A DNA stretch of 64,000 nt from Marsupella aquatica (GCA_973895155.1 OZ316893.1:310001-374000), one strand, 5' to 3'; counted from the first letter of the stretch, positions 13,888 to 27,450 are shown. The notes: generated by a model from the sequence alone, not told the origin. Numbers and translations are program-made.

Positions 13888-14026
13888 TGTTACAAACTAA
13901 AAATACACCAACAATGATATGTTCTTCTATTTCAAGGAGAGAATATATACATATGGTAACTCTGGTTGGAGTTAACCATAGGTTCTAACTATAGTTAGTA
14001 TACCCAATCATAATTAGGGTATAACA
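13888..14026 (-). repeat. Copia 5' LTR (139 bp)
   Basis: Minus strand starts TGTTAT and ends GTAACA, directly before the PBS. Confidence 0.75.
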
Positions 14027-15660
14027 TGAACTACGTTTTAAAGGGCAGAATGTACAGAAGAATTGCATTTAGTGTAGTTCCATATTTGTTTTGACAGCTC
14101 GGTCTGATTATTTCATAGTGGATTGCTGTCAGGTTTTGGAAAGGAAGAAGTGAAGGCTCACGCAACCATGCCTCTCAGATCAATCTCTTGGAAGACCATT
14201 ATTGGGATTAAATTGTCAGATTTCGTACATGATCTCACGACTTGCAGAGTGAGCAAGTCAGATATGTCAAAGATAGTTCAAAAGGATCTCACAATGAAAA
14301 AGAGTATCTAATTGGCAACCGATGTAGGTATGCACTAGTTCCTATTTGGGGGAAACTCTAGCAGTTGTAGCTTATTCTGCTAACTTCCCACTCAGTTTCC
14401 GATGCAAAGGGAGAATCTCCTGTTCCTTGACGATTGGGCCGGCGTGTAGCTCAAACCCATTGATATTTTAAACTCTCCTGTGCCCTTCTTCGGTCCCGTG
14501 TGTCCTCATTCTTGATTGGGTCATTATTTGGCATCTTGTACTCTGTCCTTTCCGTTCCCAAGTGGGGGATTTTAGACTTGAAAATCAATTTATTCGACAA
14601 AAATCAACGGAGGATTCATCATCCCAAACTACTGAATGTCTTTGGACCTCGTTGCTACTGTAAGTGCAGAGAAGTACATTAAAGTATGCTTACATGTGGA
14701 GCATCACTCAATTTGTGCCTCTAGTTGCTACTTCCTATCCTGTTCCATAAAAAATAATGGTATGATCGAAGGCAAAGTTCTGGCAAGGCAGAGTGAAAAA
14801 GGGGGCAACGAGGCTCTCGTCTGCCATCTTCGTGCAAATTTTGCATACCAACAATGCTATGCAAATTGAGTATACTAACTGCATTAGACTCAATTTTGGA
14901 CAGTCAAGTCCATGTCATATGGTGACAACTGATTCACCCATAGTTTCTCTGGCTTCTCCTATATGGGGACACCTGATCCTATGGTTTCTCTGACTTCTCC
15001 AACTACAATTGGGTTTTGTTATTGCATCTGTCAGTCAATGAAGATTTGGAGAAGAAAAAACATAGGGCAGTCTCCTCCAAGGAGAGACAGTTGATGCCAA
15101 TCAACAGCAATCGACTTGACAGAACTCAACAAATATGGAAGATAGAAATGTATCAGTTATACTTGCGTGTCAAGAAGTAAAACTTAATACAAAAATGTTA
15201 AATGTTCTCTTAGGGTGTCATCAGTTGATCGTTGATTGTGTCTTCAAAGTTGGCCACCAACTGTCACTCCAACACACCCCTCTCATGAAATGTGAACTAT
15301 AGTCATCACTATCTCCAGGGTTTTGAGGCCCAAATCTCAGCAAGGAATGCGGTCTTGGCATTGCCTGAGAAACAAGAAGCACCTACTTTTCAGACTAACT
15401 GAAACAGACACACAACACCAGAAAACAGCAGATCAACACTATCATGCCTGCCACCTAACGTATCCATGTGAAGTGCATTGGAGATTGAAAAGATCAACAT
15501 CCACAAGAAGTGACCGAGTTGTAGTCATCTAGAGTAAGATCAATGGGCAAAACGAAGGGTAAACCACCCAAGATGAGTATGCTGATGAGAATTGAACACG
15601 AATTTCAGGGAAAGCAGATCACCTTCCAATGAGTTACTGATACGAGTATCAGAATCCTGT

Positions 15661-17749
15661 CTACAGCTTTGTGCCAAACACGCGACATCGTTCGCAACGT
15701 TTCTTGCAGATATCCTCAAGCATCTTCGCTGCTGCTGTACGCTCCTGCTGCATTTGTTTTGCCCGGGATCTCATCAATTGACGTTCTTCCGTACCGCCTA
15801 TATAAAAGTCATCGAGCCATTCAGCTATAAGTTTCCCGAGTTGGTACATGTCCGATCCCTTGGTGTATCTTTTCCTTTTGTCATTGTCTTCTTCCAACGT
15901 TTCCGCATCCCAACCCGTTAAGTCCTCACCAACCCATACTTCATTGTCGGGTCCAGCAGCTTCCAAGTCTATGATCACCCATTTCCATTCACCCATATCA
16001 TTTACTTTGATAACGTTGGGCCACCTTATGTCCCTGTGGGTGTAGCCTTTCATGTGCAAGTCCGCAAGGCCGCATAACATGTCATGCATGGCATTTACTA
16101 AATCCTTGCAATCCTTAGGCTTTGCAGATGGGTCACCAACAGGTTGTAGTCGCAATACTGTTTTAGCCCTGGATGATCGGGCGCATATAAGTTGGATCAG
16201 GTACCTGGAACCATCGATTTTTTCATACAGGCATTTTATCGCGGTCACCTTATCTTTCATCAATCGTGGGATTTCCTTCGTCACGCAGTTAGGATAGATC
16301 GTCACTGCTCCACCATCACCTCTTGCTATTGGCCTATATAATGCCAAGGGGATGTAACTATCCAGTTCTTCCTGTAGTTTCTGTAGGAGACAGTGCATCC
16401 GAATGGTGCTATGTAGGAACTTGGCTACATCGCTCAACATATTCAAGTCATAGAGTTGTGAGATACTTTCAGAAACAATTTCCTTGCCTCGCGGATAGAG
16501 CTTCAGCCATTGAAACAGCCTTCCACCGGAGCAACCACCAATCACATAAGGGAGCTTACCATAGAACAAAGGGCTCCATGCCTTTAATTTTGAGGTGTTC
16601 TCAACTGCAGCCTCGTGCCGAAGTGCCCGGTCTGTCTTATTCTCCCATCGGAGAATGAGACAATCCCTCACAAACAGCTGAAAATCTGGTCTTAATAGCG
16701 GTTTTAGTGGTCGCGATGCTACAGTACTAGTCGGGGGATTGGGTGAATCCAGTAACCAGTCCAAACCTTGTAATTTTCCGTTTGCTGGAGCCTCCTCATT
16801 TAATAATGAGATGAACTCTCCAGTGAGATTAGCCAATTCATGTGAGCTGGTGGCCTCATTGCCTGGACAATGACGCATTATCTGTCCGAACACACCGTCG
16901 CAGAAGGTTGCCAAGTCTTTCGCCGCTGCGGGAATATCAAGCTCCACCAGCTCAGAAGAGCATATTTTCTTGAAAATTACAAGACTGCGAATTGGGAGCG
17001 GTACTGGTGTCTGGGACAAAAACTCCGAGAGTTCATGTGCACTTCGTGGGAGCGTCGGAGGTGGTTCCAACAGTTTCCCAAAATAGCGCTCTCTAGCTTC
17101 AATCTCAGCTTTTGCCTTCTTTGAAAGTTTTGCCTTCTTTGAAAGTCGCGCTCCCTCTGCGTACACACCAATCACGAAGTGTTGAAGAGGAGAGAAAAAC
17201 AGGAAAGTCATCCAATAATCACTCGAGCAAGGAGTCTACAAATTTGGCACGATTCCGGCAGAAATGCTTTATCGGTTAGCAAAGCAGGAAGACACAGGAC
17301 ACCTGTAATTGCAAAAGTGCTTTCCAAACAAATGCCAGAGCAAGGGCGACAGCTGCTGTCCATGATACCCTTGATCACTTTTCAGCAAAGAAAACAAAGC
17401 AGCAACAGAGGGGTGCTCAAAGGAAAAAACTCAACGAAAAGACAAACCAGAACAAGAACCAGAAGATACTGACGAGAAACACATTGCTGTGAAATTCAGT
17501 TGGAATTACCATCCGTAGAGTTTCCTTTTTGAAGCCGAATTGCCAACTTAATTGCCATTTCCAATCCGTCAGGTGCCACTGGGAACACGCGCCGGATTAT
17601 GTCTTCGAGATCCATTTCCGACAACTCTAGCAACATAGATACTCCGACCCAGCTAAGGCATAGTTTCGCAGCAACGTCTCGCAGTCGTGTTTCGTCATAA
17701 ATAGTTCTCCGAAGCAGGTTCATAATATTTTCTTCTTCACCACTCGCCA
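15661..17749 (-). CDS. Crinkler (CRN)-like protein: short N-terminal exon, REase-like region and C-terminal kinase
   Basis: Uninterrupted 516-codon ORF with RPDF...WENK, WSPLFYGKLPY, LRLQPVG, LADLHMKGYTHRDIRWPNVI, IIDLEAA, DMYQLG; upstream helical ORF 17496-17771 is a probable first exon. Confidence 0.75.
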
Positions 17750-18216
17750 TTGGATCTTGCAGGCTGAACAATATACTGCTTACTTCTTAAGATATATGCT
17801 ATGAAACCAGGCAGAGACAAGACAGCCACAAACGCAAGTTATAACAAAAGAAAGCACATACAAATGACAAGCAGAAACGAAACCCTCGGGTTGACAGAAA
17901 TCGTAGCAACAGAGGAAGCGACAGAGGAAAGAGCACCACAAGGATGAAAACTACGGTACAAGGCCGTGAAACTCACCATCCACCAAACCCTGGATCACCG
18001 AAAACCCAGTCCAAATCCTGCAACCGCACGATGTAAGGCCTTTTGATCCGCAGTGTATCATGACAATCAATTAAACATGCAACGATTCACCACCTCAAAA
18101 TTTCCAAACCAGACTGCTAGCGAATCCGCCTCACTTCAGTCTATGCCGAACAGACCAGTATACCGAATGCTCGGACTCTTTATGCCGACGGCCTCCTCGG
18201 TCGGCAGACAAGGAGT

Positions 18217-18322
18217 TGATCCGTTCCCGACCAGTTGTGCCTTGTGTAAACCCCCGGGCCTATATTCCCAATGTTATCCGTTGCCGACCTGTTGTGCCTT
18301 GTGTAACCCCCGGGTCTATATT
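18217..18322. repeat. Imperfect ~56-bp tandem duplication
   Basis: GTTGTGCCTTGTGTAA(A/C)CCCCGGG(C/T)CTATATT occurs twice. Confidence 0.7.
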
Positions 18323-19240
18323 TGAGAACCCCTAATGTATATGTTTATGGTCCTTCCTTATTCCTTAACGATGTATTGGTACTTGGCCCTCCATTCGGGA
18401 TCGCCCTTCATGATGCCAATCTTGGTCCTTCATTCAGGCTGCTCTACCCACGGTCAATCTGGGCCGTCCATTCAGGGCGCTCAATCCGCGGCTAATTTCT
18501 GCCCTCCATTTAAAAATGAACGGCCCAGATTGTTAGCGTTGAGGGCGTTCCTGCATCGCCATCCAACGGACAGCTGCTATTGGACGGCCCAGATTTTGTT
18601 CAATGGGCCGGTGGTTTCCTGGGCGGGCGTTAATCTAGGAGAGCAGCAGGATGTGGCCACTTCCCATTTCACTTTCTGGAAACGCCGTCAGGCTGGAAGT
18701 TTGTCGTCTGTGCAGGAGCCATTTCCGTCTCGGCCGGGATGAGCTTTCTCTCGCATTCTAGTCATTCTTCTTCGTGCCTCTCATTCCGTGTTCATCGAGA
18801 GCTTGAGTAGATTCGGGTGTTTTGTCTGGGCTCAGGATGACCGGCTGCGGTGAATGTGGGTTCGGCTGTGAGTTGACAGTTGGAGCGCAACTCAGCTTTT
18901 TTGCTTCTTTTTTTCCCCTTTTTTTCAATAAAACCCGCGAAACCCCGCGGGAAAGGAGGACCAAACAGGCCAGGGCAAAGCCCACAAAGCCCCAAAGGGG
19001 AAAGAAAGCCAGGTGGCCAGCACCAAAGCCAAGCAAAGACAAAGTCAAGTGAAATCATGGCCAAGCAAAAACCTGAAACTAACTTCGAGTCAGCCCCAAA
19101 GTGAGGGGGAAGACAAAACGCCTACTTCATCTATGTCATAGGTAAGTGACACACTGAGGTCGTAGGCAAAGGAGCCTAGGGGACCCATCCAGGCATACCC
19201 AAAGACAACCGAGCCCCAGCCAAAGGAGCAAAGCACCTAC

Positions 19241-19708
19241 GATTCGAATTATGAACCTACTACTAGTCCACTTCACCAACCTTTACACCCTACACCATTC
19301 TTTTCTCAGCAAAGATCCCCTTTCTCTGAAGATTCTGATCCCCCCTCAACTCCAGAATACTATCCTCCCTATGATATTCCAGTCTATGACTCACCAGATC
19401 AAGGATTTGAAAGGGTTGATGCAGCTTTGCGATCCAATCTCAACCTTGTTGCAGTTGTCACTTCCTCTACCCTGACTCCTAGAAATGCTATCATCTATAA
19501 AATGGAGTCTAGAACACCTAAGCAACAGGTTTAGAAGTACGTCACCATTTGCAAAATCATCCATGCCAACACATCACCTATAAGTGAGTTATGGAGGTTT
19601 TATTATCAAACGAAAGCAGAGACTAGTTACATTTTTGACCTCAGGACAATTGGCACCTCTCGCTTGGAGTTGGCCCAATTCGATGAACATTGGACAGATA
19701 TGTTCTTC
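19241..19708 (+). pseudogene. Fragment homologous to the C-terminal half of the family-2 ORF
   Basis: Translates DSNYEPT...SEDSDPPS...QGFERVDAALRSNLNLVAVVTSS...SYIFDLRTIGTSRLELAQFDEHW, versus QGFEDVDTALRSNPDLVAVVTSS...SYIFDLRCLGTSRVEMAQFDEFW at 44065-44360. Confidence 0.85.
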
Positions 19709-22018
19709 ACATACCCTCCTCATGACCTTCCATGCAGTTTGCAATGACTTGTTGTCTTCTGAAACTAGCTCATAGACAAAGATTGTGCATAAGCCTTGAT
19801 AGAAATGGTCATATACGTGTGCAGACATAGTGCACCATCTATTGTCAAGTATGCGGTGCATGACATCAGACATCACCCAATGCTCAAGATCCCCTCCTGG
19901 CTGCATTCTTCGAACAAGGTCCACTCCTGACCCGGGACCTTCTGTACTCATTTTAAAAATGTGCGGCCGCTCATTTGTTCCCACATTATGGGCTGGGAAC
20001 AAAACACTTTGGATAAAAGGAAATGCAGTCTGCTTCCGCATCTCTAGTATCATGCTTACATCAGACGACACATGAAAGTATCTCTTGATGCTCCTGATCA
20101 TCGAGCGGAAAACAGATTCGTCGCCCAGAATAGCCAACATTTCATCAAGGTCGTTTGCCTCCTCAGTGGTGACCATTTCAGCCACTGGGTCCTCAAAAAT
20201 ATCTTTAAGTTTTTGTACTGCTTTGACCTTGATCATAGACGGCCGTGCAGTAGGACTCCTCTTCAGTTCCTCCTCCACGAGATTACGCACAAGTGATCGT
20301 TGATCTTTGTTGTGCGTGAACATTGCAGGATGGGTGTGATTTTCAACATGCATGGCAACACAAGACTTGTGACAGTAATTAAGGTCGTCCTTGGTTGGAG
20401 TGATGTAGTACATCTCACTTGGGCATCCAGCTATACACCTAGGAGGCCTCCTGCAGAAGCTACAAATTACACTTGATGGGGGAACGTCGCATCCAACAGG
20501 GAAAGGCAGCTCATTTGTGCCTGCTCGATCTCGGGTCCACTTTGCAGAATTGTGCTCTTTGCGCTCTTCAAAATTCTCACAATCCCTATGCATACAACGT
20601 AGAGAACCCAAACACTTCACAGTTTGGATCTTGTAAGAGTGACTGTTGTTGTTTAGCTTTGGGCCGATATTTGCTCCTGTCTCAATCAACCTGCTCCACA
20701 TGTAACAATCATTCTTTCGCTCCATGCCCAAAAAGAAACACCCCTTCGAGTATGGACCTGTAAAAGGTGGCAACTCAAAAACATGGTCTCCATCATACAC
20801 TTTTGGTAATCGTTGAACTCTCTCCGGCAATTTTGTGCTCAAAATCTTACGAGCAGCTTGTACACATCGAGAGGCCCCTTTCCCGTGTAGCATGGCATGA
20901 ACAACACTGACAGGGAACTCATCCTTCCATACTGAATTGCCTTCTCGAAGACCCTCTCTGAGAAGGAATGCCTTTGATCGAGGTGTCTCCTTTGGTGGAG
21001 TATAAGCAGCTCCTCGATCCTCCCAAAATTGGGATGATGTAGACTCGGGTGTATTCATCCGAGAAGGTTCACCATCTTGAAGACCCCCTCTGAGATTGAA
21101 TGCACTTGATCGAGATTTCTCTTTCATTGGTGTATCACCATCTCCAAGATCCTCCCACATTTGGAATGAATTGGACCCAGGTGTACTTGTCCGAGGAGGT
21201 TCACCATCTCGAAGACCCCCTCTGAGATTGAATGCACTTGATCGAGGTTTCTCTTTCACTGGTGTATCACCATCTCCAAGATCCTCCCACATTTGGAATG
21301 AATTAGACCTAGGTGTACTTGTCCGAGGAGGTTCACCATCTCAAAGACCCCCTCTGAGATTGAATGCACTTGATCGAGGTTTCTCCTTCACTGGTGTATC
21401 CACATCTCCAACATCTTCCCACATATGGAATGAATTTGACCGAGGTGTACTCAATCGAGAAGGTTCACCATGTCGAAGACCCCCTCTGAGATTGATTGCG
21501 CTGGGTCGAGGTGTCTCCTTCACTGGCTCATCTGCCTCTCCAACATCCTGCCACACTGGCGACGAATTTGAGTGGGGTCTACCAACTCGGTGAATGTCCT
21601 CCCAAAATTGGGACGATTTCTGACGCGGTGTATTGTTCCATAATTCACCCGGTTCATCAATTTGTGGGGAGTGCGCAAAATCTCCAAGACCCTCACTAAC
21701 ATTACATGAACTTGCTTTCTTTTTGCAGATAGTATAGGACACGCCACATTTCAGATACCACTCTCGCTCATCTCCATCGCCTTTGGATTCAGCAAAAGTG
21801 GACAGCCCATCTTCTCTCTCCTCGTAAATCATGAAATCCCCTACCTTCAAACCAAATCGGCTTGCTACTTCATGCTCCTTAGTGACTCGAACACTGTCTC
21901 CCTCAATCTGACGAAAAACAACAACATCTCCGGTTACTGATCGGATTATCACAAGAGAAGCCATGTGTCCCAAATCCACATTGGGAATGTTAGTCTCCAG
22001 GCCTTCGGCTTTATACAT
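19701..22018 (-). pseudogene. Mutator-like transposase with GCM-like zinc domain, 3' truncated
   Basis: KCLGSLRCMHRDC...CSFC...C...HVENHTHP zinc module, then WVMSDVMHR...WCTMSAHVYD...ELVSED MULE-like start; internal TGA at 21341; fused to unrelated DNA at ~19701. Confidence 0.7.
21040..21560 (-). repeat. 120-bp coding tandem repeat (40 aa, ~4.5 copies) in the transposase
   Basis: MWEDLGDGDTPVKEKPRSSAFNLRGGLRDGEPPRTSTPGSNSFQ-type unit repeated. Confidence 0.9.
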
Positions 22019-22432
22019 CAGACGTTAAAGTCTTGGTACCACTTTATGCCAATAATACCGCACTTTCAGGCTTAGAACTTGGGCGGTACATCAGACATTA
22101 AAGTACCCATACTTTACGCCAAGAATACCGTTCCGGACAACGTGCGTACCATATAACGATCGTAGAATCCGGAGCGTACATATAACAATTGTACCACAAA
22201 GAAGGTACCTATTTGCTAGCGGCCGCCAAGAAGGTACAGATTCTGCACATGCACAAGGTACATATTTGCCAGCAGCCGCCAAGAAGGTACATGCAAACTC
22301 TGGGGATGTAGTATATTCTCCAAGATTCCGTCCGGCCTTGCCTAAAACATTTCTTCTTCTTCCGTCGTGTGGCTTATAATCCCCTCTGCAAATATGCCTG
22401 ACTTGAAGGATGAATAAATAGCCTTCCGACTT

Positions 22433-23810
22433 CCTACTCGACGAGGGTCTCTGACATGCGGTCGCGCTATCTGGCGAGCCTCTTTGTGGTGGATTAGGGA
22501 CTTCCTCGGTCGTTGAGTGTCATTTACTTTTCATCCCAAGTCATTCTCGGCGGGGGTCTCCGAGATTCTGAGATGGATTCTCATAGACTTTTATCTAGAA
22601 TCCTACTTGGCGAGGGTCTCTGACATTCGGTTGCGCTATCTGGCGAGCCTTTCTGTGGTGGATTAGGGACTTCCTTGGTCGCTGAGTGTCATTTACTTTT
22701 CATCCCAAGTCATTCTCGGCGGGTGTCTCCGAGATTCTGAGATGGATTCTCATAGACTTTTATCTAGAATCCTACTCGGCGAGGGTCTCTGACATGCGGT
22801 CGCGCTATCTGGCAAGCCTCTCTGTGGTGGATTAGGGACTTCCTCGGTCGTTGAGTATCATTTACTTTTCATCCCAAGTCATTCTTGGCGGGGGTCTTCG
22901 AGTTTCTGAGATGGATTCTCATAGACTTTTATCTAGAATCCTACTTGACGAGGGTCACTGACATGCGGTCGCGCTATCTGGCGACCCTCTCTGTGGTGGA
23001 TTAGGGACTTCCTTGGTTGCTGAGTGTCATTTACTTTTCATCCCAAGTCATTCTTGGCGGGGGTCTCCAAGATTCTGAGATGGATTCTCATAGACTTTTA
23101 TCTAGAATCCTACTCGGCGAGGGTCTCTGACATGCGGTCGCGCTATCTGGCAAGCCTCTCTGTGGTGGATTAGGGACTTCCTCGGTCGCTGAGTGTCATT
23201 TACTTTTCATCCCAAGTCATTCTCGATGGGGGTCTCCAAGATTCTAAGATGGATTCTCATAGACTTTTACCTAGAATCCTACTCGGCGAGAGTCTCTGAC
23301 ATGCGGTCGTGCTATCTGGCAAGCCTCTCTGTGGTGGATTAGGGACTTCCTCGGTCGCTGAGTGTCATTTACTTTTCATCCCAAGTCATTCTCGGTGGGG
23401 GTCTCCGAGATTCTAAGATGGATTCTCATAGACTTTTACCTAGAATCCTACTCGGCGAGGGTCTCTGACATGCGGTCGCGCTATCTGGCAAGCCTCTCTG
23501 TGGTGGATTAGGGACTTCCTTGGTCGCTGAGTGTCATTTACTTTTCATCCCAAGTCATTCTCGGCGGGGGTCTCCAAGATTCTGAGATGGATTCTCATAG
23601 ACTTTTATCTAGAATCCTACTCGACGAGGGTCACTGACATGCGGTCGCGCTATCTGGCGAGCCTCTCTATGGTGGATTAGGGACTTCCTTGGTCGCTGAG
23701 TGTCATTTACTTTTCATCCCAAGTCATTCTTGGCGGGTGTCTTCGAGATTCTAAGATGGGGTCTCATAGACTTTTACCTAGAATCCTACTCGGCGAGGGT
23801 CTCTGACATT
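22433..23810. repeat. 169-bp tandem array, 8 full copies plus a partial
   Basis: Unit starts CCTACTCGGCGAGGGTCTCTGACAT at 22433, 22602, 22771, 22940, 23109, 23278, 23447, 23616, 23785. Confidence 0.97.
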
Positions 23811-24029
23811 TAGTTTCCACCCTAAATTATTCTTGGTGGGGGTCTCTGAGATGGACTCGGGTCATTTGGGCAACAGTCTTTGTACTCGGCGAGCCTCTCT
23901 GAGATTGTAGATTTGTACGGACACGCGATCCATACAGAATTACATTGTAAAAACATTGAAAAGTATTGTACGGTCAGTTTTTGCATGCACTTTTGGGTTC
24001 ATCCTTGTATTTTGGCGAGGGTCTGACAT

Positions 24030-25465
24030 CAAATGTGGGATAGAACCAATTTGGGTCCTTCATTTGAAACGGAATACCCTTAATTTCATCTCGGAGAGGG
24101 TCTCTAAGAGACACAGTGTATGTTGTAGCTAACCCTTTGAAACTATTAACAGGGTCCATAAGTGGTGTCATCTGGCCAAAGTACGCCCACGACTCCATCT
24201 CAGAGAGGGTCTCCGAGAGGCTGGGTCTCATTTGGCGACCTTTCTGACCCAATATGCGATCTGGGAGAACTGCTCTCTGGCCACTTGGGGCACACGGCTC
24301 CATCTCAGAGAGGGTCTTCGAGCAATTGGGTTGCAATCTCGCTTCCCTTTCCACCCAAGACGCGATTGACAATTTTTGCCGTCTGGCCGTTCGGGCCACA
24401 CCACTCCATCTCAGAGAGGGTCTTTGACATCGGATGTTGGATAGAACCAATTTGGGTCCTTCCTTTGAAACGGAATACCCTTAATTTCATCTCGGAGAGG
24501 GTCTCTGAGAGACACAGTGTATGTTGTAGCTAACCCTTTGAAACTGTTAACAGGGTCCACAAGTGGTGTCATCTGGCCAAAGTACGCCCACGACTCCATC
24601 TCAGAGAGGGTCTCCGAGAGGCTGGGTCTCATTTGGCGACCTTTCTGACCCAATATGCGATATGGGAGAACTGCTCTCTGGCCACTTGGGGCACACGGCT
24701 CCATCTCAGAGAGGGTCTCCGAGCGATTGGGTTGCATTGGGTTGCAACCTCGCTTCCATTTCCACCCAAGACACAATTGACAATTTTTGCCGTCTGGCCA
24801 TTCGGGCCACACCACTCCATCTCAGAGAGGGTCTCTAACATCGGATGTTGGATAGAACCAATTTGGGTCCTTCCTTTGAAACGAAATACCCTTAATTTCA
24901 TCTCGGAGAGGGTCTCTGGGAGACACAATGTATGTTGTAGCTAACCCTTTGAAATTGTTAACAGGGTCCACAAGTGGTGTCATCTGGCCAAAGTACGCCC
25001 ATGACTCCATCTCAGAGAGGGTCTCCGAGAGGCTGGGTCTCATTTGGCGACCTTTCTGACCCAATATGCTATCTGGGAGAACTGCTCTCTGGCCACTTGG
25101 GGCACATGGCTCCATCTCAGAGAGGGTCTCTGAGCGATTGGGTTGCAATCTCGCTTCCCTTTCCACCCAAGACGCGATTGACAATTTTTGCCGTCTGGCC
25201 GTTCGGGCCACACCACTCCATCTCAGAGACGGTCTCTGACATCGGATGTGGGATAGAACCAATTTGGGTCCTTCCTTTGAAACAAAATACCCTTAATTTC
25301 ATCTCGAAGAGGGTCTCTGAGAGACACAATGTATGTTGTAGCTAACCCTTTGAAACTGTTAACAGGGTCCACAAGTGGTGTCATCTGGCCAAAGTACGCC
25401 CATGACTCCATCTCAGAGAGGGTCTCCGAGAGGCTGGGTCTCATTTGGCGACCTTTTTGACCCAA
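24030..25465. repeat. ~401-bp tandem array, ~3.5 copies
   Basis: GATAGAACCAATTTGGGTCC recurs at ~24040, 24440, 24851, 25252. Confidence 0.95.
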
Positions 25466-26568
25466 GAAGCATACTTTTCTACCGTGAAGTTCGCTAGAGT
25501 GTTGGACTTTTTTCTACTTCTCATATTTTACCCTAAACCCTAAACCCTAAACATAATTGGCTGCCTTTATTAAGTCTCCTCCAACAAACCCTCCTTGATC
25601 TTGTTGACTTGTGCTCTTCCCCCTTCTCTTAACCCCAATTTCCTCTTTTAGTTAAGCCACCCAAATGATAATGCATGTGGGCAACCATTTCCTCTTTGAG
25701 CTGACGCACCGAGATGTTGACACGTCTCAGTAGGCCTCGGAATGAAATGACGGCGAGGGTCTCCTACATTCGGACTCATTTGAGTTGTAAGCCGAAGTCC
25801 CTAATTGTACCCTAAATGTACCCTAAACTCTCTCGTACTAGTGGTGGTCAGTACTCGCGTTAGCATTGTGTACTTTCTTGTTTGGGCCGTTAACATGTAC
25901 GTATCAAAGTATAGTTAGGATCTCCCGTATCTATTGCGTACTTTAGTGTTGTGCAGTACGTGCGGTACGTTATTCCTTGAAGTGGATGTCGTTCCTTCCC
26001 CGTCACTCTTCCACGGTGTGACACCTTAGGTTTGGCGCTCGTCTTTATCACTAATCCCCAGACCTTCTTACTCTGCCTCACTCTTTTGCATCCCTTACTC
26101 GTTCGTGCTCTAATCCGCGCTCTTCCTCAATCTTCGCATATTGGTCTGTGCAATCTCTCACTTCTCCGCGCTCACATCCGTGTTGTTCCTGCTCTTCTTC
26201 AGTCGTCCCACTCACGGTAAACTCTCCTGTGCAACCCTGTTATCGTGTCTACTGGATTGCGTTGGTGTTTTGAGGCAGTGAGCGTGTGGTAGCTTCTCCG
26301 TGAGCATTTAGGCAACATTTTTTTGTGAGCATTTGCGACAATGATTTGCCGTGAACGTTGGTGATTCTCTCATGTTTTTCTCTTGGCTCCCCCTTTTTCT
26401 TGATATGTCAAATCCATTTGTAGATGAATCAAATGTGTGAGAGGCTGGACCCCGCGTATCCTTGAAAACGGGCTCTCTCGGCGGGGCTCGCTGAGATCTT
26501 GTCAGGTTTATAGGTCGAGCTATTGCCGAGTAATAACTCTTTCATTTCTCATGTAATCTAAGGTCAAA

Positions 26569-27450
26569 ATGCCGAAGAGGAAAGACTCGACTGGAGCTGG
26601 ACCTGCCGACAGCCAAACTTCTCAATGGAGTAAGAAACCACGATCCAAGTCTCCTTCGCCAGTCACGTCTCGACTGACGTGCTCACAGGGTTGTCCACTT
26701 ATGGAGTCAGTCGACTCCAAGAGGAAGTTTGAGCCAAAGCAGATATCATTTGAGCCTATTGGAGCGGCGGAATTGGCTGATATTGCTGAGAAGGGAGCCT
26801 AGGAGTCTATCGTCTCCAAGTATGAGACAAAGTTTAGTAAGGATCCGCCCCGGATCCCCTTGTGCCGGCTCATGCCAATGGAGGCAGTGAGGAATCTTCA
26901 GGATGAGTCGATTGCAAAATTAAAAAAAGGATTCAAAGAGAGCGGCTATGTTGTGAAGCTCAGCGAGTTCCACATTACTGAGTTCAATGAAATTGGAGAA
27001 ATGCAGACAGTGACAGACTTCAAGCCATTTTGGGACCCTCTATGGACTCAGCTCAATGAACAATTTGAGCAAGAGTGCGATGCATTAGAGGAGTTCAAAG
27101 TCCTTAAGGACAAGATGTTTTGGGTTTTTGATGGAAACCACAGATACACAGCCTGGTCCGCAGTTGCTTCTGAGTATCCGGATCAATTTCAATACCATCC
27201 GTGCGTCAGATTCTCTCTTTTGAACGCTGGGAAGGACGGATTCAAGAAGGTTGAGCAAGCAATGCACGCTCTCAACTCGTAACTACTCTCATTCGCGTCT
27301 TTTTGCAAAATGTGATTACCCGTTTGTGTAAACCTTGTGTGCCATCCTGGAGAGCCTCTTTGAAATTGCCGCTATGAGTATTGTTTGTCATTTTCAGGAT
27401 AAGTGCGACTGTCGTGAAGACGTCCTAGTTTAATGACGCTGATCGGGTTG
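26569..27450 (+). pseudogene. 5' exons of Mutator cargo gene: ParB/Srx-like domain
   Basis: RIPLCRLMPMEAVRNLQDESIAKLKKGFKESGY...FWVFDGNHRYTAW; in-frame TAG at 26800; GT-AG intron 27279-27397; frame resumes across copy B at 46368. Confidence 0.7.

Larger units (their letters stand above)
11552..14026 (-). mobile_element. Ty1/Copia retrotransposon, Bianca-like; 5' LTR, gag, PR and part of INT, truncated
   Basis: DGKNYNDW gag start, CFRCGTKGHTQKVC knuckle, IVDSGTTHTIL protease, WHRRLGHPG, HVDVCGPI integrase; short LTR followed by CGTTATCAGCACGA. Confidence 0.92.

Noticed and set aside
14027-15660. Short ORFs between the Copia and the CRN-like gene
   Set aside because: No recognisable motifs; left unannotated
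23974-25465. Repeated ORFs in the 401-bp array (and at 55900-56903)
   Set aside because: By-products of tandem repeats; frames are inconsistent between units
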